Origin: Thermoanaerobaculia bacterium
GTDB lineage: Bacteria > Acidobacteriota > Thermoanaerobaculia > Multivoradales > UBA5704
DNA length: 60,622 nucleotides
Direction: 5' to 3'
Assembly (NCBI GenBank): GCA_035308185.1
Contig: DATGHG010000186.1
Span: 1 to 60,622, forward strand
A model generated the notes under the pieces. That model saw nothing but the letters and a program-made list of their open reading frames with translations. It was not told the origin of the DNA and searched no databases. This document shows, piece after piece, positions 53,824 through 60,622 of the stretch. A program made the position numbers and the translations under genes. How positions within the stretch are numbered: position 1 is the stretch's first letter; each line of letters begins with the position of its first letter.

Positions 53824-55011
53824 ATGGGCGCCTTCGCCATGCCCCGCTTCCCGAATTTCTCGCCATCGGTCGCCGACATCTCCGGCGCCGTCTACTCGGC
53901 GCTGGCGCACCGCCTGGCCAGCTTTCCGGGCGAGGTCTACCCGCTGCACGTGGGCGACACCTGGATGGAGCCGCCGGTGGGCTGCCGCATGGAGGACCTG
54001 ACGGTCGCCGCCTGGCCGGGCATGCACCGCTATGCGCCGCCGCAGGGGTTGCCGGCCCTGCTCGATGCCGTCGTCGAGCGCACGCGGCAGCGCACCGGCG
54101 TCGCCACCGAGCGCGAGAACGTGCTGGCGGCGACCGGCGCCACCGGCGGCCTGGGGGCGGTGGCCGGCGCCATCCTGCGCCCCGGCGACGAGGTGCTGGT
54201 GCTCGCGCCTCACTGGCCGCTGATCTCGGGGATCGTCCGCTCGTTCCACGGCGTGCCCGTGGACGTCCCGTTCTTCGGCGTCGCCGACTCGCCGGAGACC
54301 GCCGTCGAGCTGGTGGAGGCCAGCCTGCGCGAGCGCTCGGTGGCGCTCTACCTCAACACGCCGAGCAACCCGACCGGGCAGGTGATCCCGCGGCCGGTGG
54401 TCGAGGCGCTGGTCGCCTGGGCCCAGCGCCGCCGTCTCTGGATCCTGGCCGACGAGGTCTACGAGGACTATGTCTACGCCGGCGAGCACACCTACGTCCG
54501 GCCGCTGGCGCCCGAGAGCACCTTCGCCGTCCATTCGTTCTCCAAGGCCTTCGGCATGGCCGGCAACCGTTGCGGCTACGTGATCGGTCCCGCCGCGGCC
54601 ATGCCGGAGCTGCGCAAGGTGGGCCTGCACAGCTTCTACAGCACGCCGACGGCCTCCCAGCTCGCCGCGGTCAAGGTGCTGGGCGATGCCGGCAGGGAAT
54701 GGCTCGCGCAGGCACGGGAGCAGTACCGGCAAACCGGCGAGCGCGTCGCGGCGCGCCTCGGGCTGCCTGCCCCTGGCGGCAGCACCTTCCTCTTCCTCGA
54801 CGTCGCCGATCGCCTGGATGAAAGGGGCCTGGAAGGGTTCCTCGAAGCCTGCGTGGAGCGCGGCCTGTTCCTCGCCCCGGGGCCGAGCTTCGGTCCCTAT
54901 CCGACCCACGTCCGGCTGTGCTTCACGTCCGCGCCGCCGGCGGTGGTCGATCGCGGGGTCGAGGTGCTCGCGTCGCTGCTCGGCGGCTATAATGTGCAGC
55001 GCCGATGCTGA
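53824..55011 (+). CDS. Class I/II pyridoxal-phosphate-dependent aminotransferase
   Basis: YAPPQGLPALL, NTPSNPTG and SFSKAFGMAGNRCGY (PLP lysine). Confidence 0.9.
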   Translation: MGAFAMPRFPNFSPSVADISGAVYSALAHRLASFPGEVYPLHVGDTWMEPPVGCRMEDLTVAAWPGMHRYAPPQGLPALLDAVVERTRQRTGVATERENVLAATGATGGLGAVAGAILRPGDEVLVLAPHWPLISGIVRSFHGVPVDVPFFGVADSPETAVELVEASLRERSVALYLNTPSNPTGQVIPRPVVEALVAWAQRRRLWILADEVYEDYVYAGEHTYVRPLAPESTFAVHSFSKAFGMAGNRCGYVIGPAAAMPELRKVGLHSFYSTPTASQLAAVKVLGDAGREWLAQAREQYRQTGERVAARLGLPAPGGSTFLFLDVADRLDERGLEGFLEACVERGLFLAPGPSFGPYPTHVRLCFTSAPPAVVDRGVEVLASLLGGYNVQRRC

Positions 55012-55017
55012 AATAGG

Positions 55018-55770
55018 ATGGCCGTTCCGGCTCCACCGGCCGCACCGGCCGTAGCCATGGGCGCCGTCGCCGACTCCAGTCAGCTGCGCGATCTCGAGCT
55101 CTTCCAAGGGCTGGAGGCCGATCGGCTCGCCCAGCTCAACCAGCTCCTGCGCGCTGCCACGGTGCCCGCCGGCACCCATTTCATCACCGCCGATCAGCCC
55201 GGCGACGTGGTCTACGTCCTGCTCGAAGGAACGGTGAAGATCTACGTCAGCCGGGCCGACGGCCGCGAGGTGATCCTCGCCTTCCTGGGCCCCGGGGACA
55301 CGGTGGGCGAGATGAGCCTGGTGGACAGCGCCGGCCGCTCGGCCAACGTGGTGACCACCGAGCTGTCGCGGCTGCTATGGATGGACCGCGTCTCCTTCCA
55401 GGCCTGCCTGCGCGACATGGCGCCGCTGGCCAACAACCTGGTGCGCCTGCTGTCGCAACGCCTGCGTTTCGCCAACGAGCAGATCCAAGCGCTGTGCACG
55501 CTCGACGTGCCCGGCCGGGTGGCACGCCAGATCCTGGCGCTGGCCGACCGTTACGGCCGCTCCGCCCCGGGCGCCGGGGCCGGCGCGGCGGGCGAGGTCA
55601 AGATCCACCTGCGGCTCACCCAGAGCGATCTCGGCGAGGTGGTCGGGGCCTCCCGCGAGCGGGTGAACCAGGCGATCGTCGAGTTCAAGCAGCACGGCTA
55701 CATCGCCGTCGACTCCGATCACCGCATCCACGTCCGCGACCGCCAGGCCCTGACCCGCTACTGCGCCTGA
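55018..55770 (+). CDS. Crp/Fnr-family transcriptional regulator
   Basis: The cNMP-binding fold is GDVVYVLLEGTVKI...GPGDTVGEMSL. The C-terminal HTH is LTQSDLGEVVGASRERVNQAIVEFK. Confidence 0.85.
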   Translation: MAVPAPPAAPAVAMGAVADSSQLRDLELFQGLEADRLAQLNQLLRAATVPAGTHFITADQPGDVVYVLLEGTVKIYVSRADGREVILAFLGPGDTVGEMSLVDSAGRSANVVTTELSRLLWMDRVSFQACLRDMAPLANNLVRLLSQRLRFANEQIQALCTLDVPGRVARQILALADRYGRSAPGAGAGAAGEVKIHLRLTQSDLGEVVGASRERVNQAIVEFKQHGYIAVDSDHRIHVRDRQALTRYCA

Positions 55771-57821
55771 GCGGCGGAAGCTGCCGCCGCCAGCGCCTGC
55801 CGCGCCGCGTCGAGCAGCGCGCGGGCCGAGACCGGGCCGCCGACGGCGCCGCGCATCCAGGCGTCGGGCGTCAGGCGCCCCTGGCGGGCGATGCGCTCGA
55901 GCTCGGCGCCGACGGCGTCCGGCGGCGCGCCCGGCGCGGTCTCGACCTGCCGCAGGCGGGCCGCCAGCTGGAAGGCGACGATGTGCCCCAGCGCATAGTC
56001 CGGCAGGTAGAGGGAGTAGGCGATCATGTGGGAGTAGATCGCCAGCAGCTCGCAGCCGGGATGGCCCAGGCGCGGCGCGAAGAAGCGGTCCCACACCTCG
56101 CGGGCGATGGCCAGCACCGCCTCGCGCAGCGCCGCCGGCGTGGCCTCCGGGTGGGCGTAGAGCCAGCGCCAGACGCGCATGTCCACCAGCGACACGCCGG
56201 CGATCTCGAAGGTGCTCCAGAGCGTCGCCAGGGCAGGGGCGTGGCGGTCGGCGGCGGCGGTGGCCAGACCCAGCAGCTCGAGGTCGCGCTCCTGGAAGAG
56301 GAAGGCGAAGGCCTCGGTGAAGGCATTGTTGGGCACCCCGGCCAGCCACCAGTGATCGATGCCGTCGAGCGAGAACACCTGCTCGACGTTGTGCCCGAGC
56401 TCGTGCATCGCGACGTTGTAGCCCTGGTAGTCCATGCCGGCCTCGCCCACCCGGGTGCGCAGGTGGGAGCGATCGCCGCGCCGCACCGCGCCGAGGGCGT
56501 GACCGGCGCCCTTCGCTCGATCGACCACGACGCGGTGGGCCAGCCACGCCGCCCGCTCGGGCGAGAACCCCAGCCGCGCCAGCAGATCCGGCAGCGCCGC
56601 CTGGAAGGCGCCGGCGGTCGGAAAGGCGGCCCGTGCCCGGGCGTCGAGCTCCGCCTCGCCGTGGCGGCCGCGGGCCTTGAAACCCGAGTACCAGATATCG
56701 AACGGTTCGAGCGGCCGGCCGAGGCGGCCGGCGATGTGGCGGGCCAGCTCGTCGACCTCCGGCGCCTCCAGCACCGTCAGCAGCAGCGCCTCGACCTCCT
56801 CCTCCGGGATCTGGCGCCCGAGCTCGAAGCGGCGCGCCGGCAGGGTCGGCGCGGTCGGAGTGTAGGGATCGACCGGCAGCTGGCTGCGGAAGATGGCGAG
56901 CAGCTGCTCGTAGCGCCGGTCCGGCTCTCGACCTGCCGGGAGTGTCGCGATTGGCGACGACCCTGCGTCCGCCCCGTCCGCGCCGGCCGCGAGCGGCAGC
57001 ACCGTGTTGGCCTCCGGCTCCCAGAGCAGCTTGGGGTTGTCGATCACCGCCGCCGGGATCTCCTGACGCACGATGCGCTCCATCACCCGCAGGATCAGCC
57101 GCTGGCGCGCCAGCGCTCCGGCGGCGTCGGGGTCCGCGTAGTGGGCCGCCAGCTCGTCGCGCAGCCCCCAGTGGCTGATCAGCCGCAGCCCTTCCGGGAA
57201 CAGCCGCTCGCCGCGCGGGGTGATCAGCCGGTCCAGGCGGAGGTTGTAGGTGGAGACGTACTCCTCGGCGGCGGTTCCGGCGCGGTTCGCCGCCTGTGCC
57301 ACCGCCGCCGGCACCCGGCTGGCGAAGCGGTCCATCATCCGCGAGCGCGCCCAGGCGGCGCGGTCCCAGCCGGCGCTCTCGGCCAGGCGCTGGCGCAGCG
57401 TATGGACCGGGAAGTTCAGCAGCGCGAAGCCGGCGACGCGGTTGCGGAAGAGATCCTCGTCGACGTGCGGAGCCAGGTCCAGGTGGACCAGCAGCGCATC
57501 CACGGCGGTGACCGGCGCCGCCGCGCCGCGTTCGGTCTCGATCGGCGCCAGCAGCTCGCGGCGGACCTCGTGGAGCCGCCCGTCCACCTGCTCGAGCACC
57601 TCTTCGAGCCGGCGGCAGCTGCGCTCGAGCTCCACCGGGTCGGCCTGGAAAGCCGCCTCGCAAAAGGCGCCCAGCTCGTCGGCGTCGCCGTCCTCCGGCC
57701 ACCAGCAGGCGGCCAGCTGCTCGACGCCGCGGCGGATCCGCTCCGCCTGGCCGTCGCCGTGGCGGCTGCGCAGCCGCTCGACGATGTCCGCGATCGCCGC
57801 CGGCGGGATCGTCGGGATCAT
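55758..57821 (-). CDS. HExxH zinc metallopeptidase, M3/PepF-like C-terminal half with an unassigned ~350-aa N-terminal region
   Basis: MHELGHNVEQ...NAFTEAFAFLFQE (gluzincin third-ligand Glu) and YSHMIAYSLYLPDYALGH. The ATG overlaps the upstream TGA (ATGA). Confidence 0.75.
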   Translation of the reverse strand: MIPTIPPAAIADIVERLRSRHGDGQAERIRRGVEQLAACWWPEDGDADELGAFCEAAFQADPVELERSCRRLEEVLEQVDGRLHEVRRELLAPIETERGAAAPVTAVDALLVHLDLAPHVDEDLFRNRVAGFALLNFPVHTLRQRLAESAGWDRAAWARSRMMDRFASRVPAAVAQAANRAGTAAEEYVSTYNLRLDRLITPRGERLFPEGLRLISHWGLRDELAAHYADPDAAGALARQRLILRVMERIVRQEIPAAVIDNPKLLWEPEANTVLPLAAGADGADAGSSPIATLPAGREPDRRYEQLLAIFRSQLPVDPYTPTAPTLPARRFELGRQIPEEEVEALLLTVLEAPEVDELARHIAGRLGRPLEPFDIWYSGFKARGRHGEAELDARARAAFPTAGAFQAALPDLLARLGFSPERAAWLAHRVVVDRAKGAGHALGAVRRGDRSHLRTRVGEAGMDYQGYNVAMHELGHNVEQVFSLDGIDHWWLAGVPNNAFTEAFAFLFQERDLELLGLATAAADRHAPALATLWSTFEIAGVSLVDMRVWRWLYAHPEATPAALREAVLAIAREVWDRFFAPRLGHPGCELLAIYSHMIAYSLYLPDYALGHIVAFQLAARLRQVETAPGAPPDAVGAELERIARQGRLTPDAWMRGAVGGPVSARALLDAARQALAAAASAAQAQ

Positions 57822-58912
57822 ATGGGCGGCTTGAGGGCCGCCGCCACCAGGCCGTCGTCGATGACCAGGCGGTGGCCGGCGCCGTTGGGCTGCACCTCGG
57901 GGCGTGCGAAGGGGTCGAACTCGAAAGGCTTGATGATCCGGCCGTAGATCGACTTCAGGGCGCGGGCGCCGATGCGGCTGCTCTTGGCCGCCTCCTCGGC
58001 GATCCGCTGCACCGCCTGCTCGGTCACCTCGAGCTCGATGCCCTGCCGGCCGAAGAAGCGCTGCGAGATGCGCAGCACGCCGTCCTCGGGCTCGCTGAAG
58101 ATGCGCGACAGCAGGGCGGCGTTGAGGTCCTCGAGGATCACCGCGTTGTCGAAGCGGGACAGGAACTGCGGCTGCATGCCGTACTCGAAGAGGTCCTCCG
58201 GCCGGAAGTGGTGGCGCAGGGTGAAGTACTCGCGGATCGAGACCTTGCCGTCGATGTAGGTGGTGACGGTTGGCAGCTTGATGCCGCTCTTGGGCGATAC
58301 GACGCGGGCGAAGACCTGGTCGTAGAGGGTCTCGAAGGCGCCGGCGCAGAGGAACAGCATCTTGCCGGTGTCCACCCAGACGGTGCTGGCCTGAGTCAGG
58401 CCGGCCGCCGACGTCGGGGCGGTGATGCGGTAGGGCACCCGCTCGCCCTCGATCAGGGTGAGGACCGCCTGCTGGATGTTGATGCCGGTGACGTAGGGCT
58501 TGCCGCCGATCACCCCCGAGACCTTGTCGATCTCGTCGAGGCAGATGGTGGCGCGCTCCATCAGGCGGCCGATCTGCTCGGCGGTGGCGCCGGCGCCGAG
58601 CACCTGCCGCACCCGCTCTTCGAGGCGCGAGAACAGGCGGCTGGTATCCACCGACCCGTCCTCGGTGGCGAAGGTGTTGGCGTTCATGATCAGCACCACG
58701 CGGTACTCGGCGAGCTCCTCGAAGGCGCCGTAGAGCGCCTCGATGCCGCGCATGATGGTGGTCTTGCCGGTGCCGGAGTTGCCGATCAGCAGCAGGTTGC
58801 CGTACTTCTCCCCCTGCAGGTGCTTGAAGATCGCCACCGAGACGTAGCGCAACGCCTCTTGCTGGCCAAGCACCCGCTGGCTCAGCTGCTCGAAGATGTC
58901 TACAGGTTTCAT
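57818..58912 (-). CDS. ClpX-like AAA+ ATPase lacking the N-terminal zinc-binding domain
   Basis: GNSGTGKT (Walker A), ICLDEIDKV (Walker B), GINIQQAVLTLIEGERV, MLFLCAGAF, QPQFLSRFD and IGARALKSI are colinear with ClpX. GGAG lies 4 nt upstream of the ATG. Confidence 0.85.
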   Translation of the reverse strand: MKPVDIFEQLSQRVLGQQEALRYVSVAIFKHLQGEKYGNLLLIGNSGTGKTTIMRGIEALYGAFEELAEYRVVLIMNANTFATEDGSVDTSRLFSRLEERVRQVLGAGATAEQIGRLMERATICLDEIDKVSGVIGGKPYVTGINIQQAVLTLIEGERVPYRITAPTSAAGLTQASTVWVDTGKMLFLCAGAFETLYDQVFARVVSPKSGIKLPTVTTYIDGKVSIREYFTLRHHFRPEDLFEYGMQPQFLSRFDNAVILEDLNAALLSRIFSEPEDGVLRISQRFFGRQGIELEVTEQAVQRIAEEAAKSSRIGARALKSIYGRIIKPFEFDPFARPEVQPNGAGHRLVIDDGLVAAALKPPI

Positions 58913-59041
58913 TCGACTCCGTTTCTAGTCAGCGGCGCCTGCCAGGGGACGCCCCACCCCCTCTTCGAGGGGAGTTGGTTCCAGACCACAGAGAACCGCC
59001 CGGCCGCGCCGCCGATTCCCCGGGGGAGGTAGACTCCGCGG

Positions 59042-60622
59042 GTGAACCGGCACGCCGCCCGCGACCTCGAGCGCCACCTCAACCCCGACCAGATCGCCGC
59101 CGTCACTCACGGCGAGGGCCCGCAGCTGGTGCTGGCGGGGGCCGGATCGGGCAAGACCCGGGTGATCACCTGGCGCATCTCGTGGCTGGTCGAGGAGCGC
59201 GGCGTCGACCCCGGCCAGATCGCCGCCGTGACCTTCACCAACAAGGCGGCCGGGGAGATGCGCGAGCGGGTGGAGGAGCTGCTCGGGATGCACCCGCTGC
59301 CGGCCTCGGTGGGCACCTTCCATCGCTTCGCGCTGCTGCTGCTGCGCCGCTACGGCGAGCGGGTGGGCGTCAAGCGCGACTTTGCCGTCCACGACGCCGC
59401 CGATCAGCTGGCGCTGATCAAGGAAGCGCTGGGCGCCGAGGGGCTGTCGGAGACCGCCTTCTCGCCGCGCTCGGTGCTGGCGCAGATCAGCGCCGCCAAG
59501 AACCGCCTCATCGAGCCGGCCGCCTACGAGTCGGCGGCGAGCAACTTCTTCGAGAAGAAGGTGTCCGCCCTCTACCGGCGTTACCAGGGGCTGCTGATGC
59601 AGGCCTCCGGCGTCGATTTCGACGATCTCATCGCGCTCGCCGTCAAGCTGCTCGCCGCCGACGCCGAGGTGCGGTCCCGGGTCCGCGCCCGCACCCGTTA
59701 CCTGCTGGTCGACGAGTACCAGGACACCAACCACGCCCAGCTGCGCCTGATCCAGGAGCTGGCCGGTCCCGACGGCAACCTCACCGCGGTGGGGGACGAG
59801 GACCAGGGGATCTACCGCTGGCGGGGCGCCAACCTCGAGAACATCCTGCGCTTCGAGGAGGCGTTCCCGGGCGCCACCGTCCGCAAGCTCGAGCGCAACT
59901 ATCGCTCGACGCAGACCATCCTCGACCTCTCCGGGGCGCTGATCGCGCACAACGTCAACCGCCGGGGCAAGCGCCTGTGGACCGACCGCGGCGCCGGCGA
60001 GAAGGTCGAGCTCTACCGCGCCGCCGACGAGATCGAGGAGGCGCGCTGGGTGGTCGACACCCTGCGCGGGCTCTCCCGCCAGATCAAGCTCAGCGACATG
60101 GCGGTGCTGGTGCGCACCAACGCCCAGACCCGCGCCATCGAGGACGAGCTGCTCAAGCGCGAGATCCCCTACGCCCTGGTCGGCGGCGTCCGCTTCTACG
60201 ACCGCGCCGAGATCAAGGACCTGGTCGCCTACCTGCGCGTGCTGCGCAACCCGCGCGACAACTTCTCGCTGTCGCGCATCTTCAACCAGCCGCCGCGCGG
60301 CATCGGCAAATCGACGGTCGAGATGCTGCGCGAGCAGGCCGTGCAGCTCGGCCAGACGCTCTGGGACGTCATCTACTTCGAGCAGCTGGGGGCGCTGCCG
60401 GCGCGCAGCGCCACCGCCGTGCGGCGCTTCCGCGAGCTGATCGTGGGCCTCCAGGAGGCCGCCGCCGAGCTGCCCCTGCCGGCCCTGCTGGATCGCCTGC
60501 TGTCCTCGACCGGCATGGCCGACGTCTACCGCGACGACGATCCCGAGGACCAGGCCCGCCTGGAAAACATCCGCGAGCTGCTGTCGGCGGCGCAGCAGTT
60601 CACCGAGGCCAACAGCTACAAC
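59042..60622 (+). CDS. uvrD: UvrD/PcrA-type superfamily 1 DNA helicase (3'-truncated by the window edge)
   Basis: Not in the ORF track because it is open-ended. GTG 59042 is the first start after an in-frame TAG. Motifs are LAGAGSGKTRV, TFTNKAAGEMRER, LVDEYQDTN, VGDEDQGIYRWRGA and NYRST. Confidence 0.9.
   Translation, partial: MNRHAARDLERHLNPDQIAAVTHGEGPQLVLAGAGSGKTRVITWRISWLVEERGVDPGQIAAVTFTNKAAGEMRERVEELLGMHPLPASVGTFHRFALLLLRRYGERVGVKRDFAVHDAADQLALIKEALGAEGLSETAFSPRSVLAQISAAKNRLIEPAAYESAASNFFEKKVSALYRRYQGLLMQASGVDFDDLIALAVKLLAADAEVRSRVRARTRYLLVDEYQDTNHAQLRLIQELAGPDGNLTAVGDEDQGIYRWRGANLENILRFEEAFPGATVRKLERNYRSTQTILDLSGALIAHNVNRRGKRLWTDRGAGEKVELYRAADEIEEARWVVDTLRGLSRQIKLSDMAVLVRTNAQTRAIEDELLKREIPYALVGGVRFYDRAEIKDLVAYLRVLRNPRDNFSLSRIFNQPPRGIGKSTVEMLREQAVQLGQTLWDVIYFEQLGALPARSATAVRRFRELIVGLQEAAAELPLPALLDRLLSSTGMADVYRDDDPEDQARLENIRELLSAAQQFTEANSYN

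Noticed and set aside
55375-57947. ORFs of 775 and 856 aa (55375..57702 minus strand, 55377..57947 plus strand) overlapping the metallopeptidase gene
   Set aside because: Both have shadow composition. The 55758..57821 frame carries HExxH and balanced amino-acid usage.
58913-59041. Sigma54-type promoter (TGGAAC...) upstream of the ClpX-like gene
   Set aside because: There is no TTGC element at the required 5-nt spacing. Only a small CCCCTC-GAA-GAGGGG hairpin is present.

Overview
This is a 60.6-kb window of very G+C-rich bacterial DNA, about 70% by eye. It comes from a diderm organism: it encodes a TonB-dependent receptor, LolA-like and BamE-like lipoproteins, and a GWxTD protein. Acidobacteriota- or Myxococcota-like is only a guess. 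Most of the window is core genome. Recognisable genes include rpsU, pgk-tpiA-secG, tsaD, yggS-divIVA, hutI, two PPIases, mobA, crcB, a uvrD-like helicase, tRNA-Met and tRNA-Leu. There is also an envelope and export set: ABC-2 exporters, Wzm/Wzt, a YfhO-like protein, Slt, sulfatase-like enzymes and a BNR/sortilin-repeat protein. About half of the ORF-track entries are Arg/Pro/Gly/Ala-rich shadow ORFs on the wrong strand or in the wrong frame, and I discarded them.

The items worth a second look are:
- A translationally coupled pair: a ClpX-like AAA+ ATPase that lacks the zinc-binding domain, the IGF loop and the GYVG loop, followed by a PepF/M3-like metallopeptidase (55758..58912).
- A 54-aa peptide with a Gly-Gly leader-like N-terminus and a Cys/Ser/Thr-rich tail. 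It has its own RBS, a hairpin and upstream palindromes, and sits between an Lrp-EamA pair and a TonB-receptor unit (41872..42036).
- A second Cys-rich ORF of 51 codons that is missing from the ORF track. It lies in a lower-GC patch beside an integrase remnant (1290..1445).
- A fluoride riboswitch upstream of crcB.
- An AT-rich islet with phased ACGG repeats in front of an XRE regulator gene.
- A NYN/OST-HTH nuclease with a roughly 330-aa disordered N-terminal extension.

I saw no CRISPR array, no rRNA and no intact mobile element.
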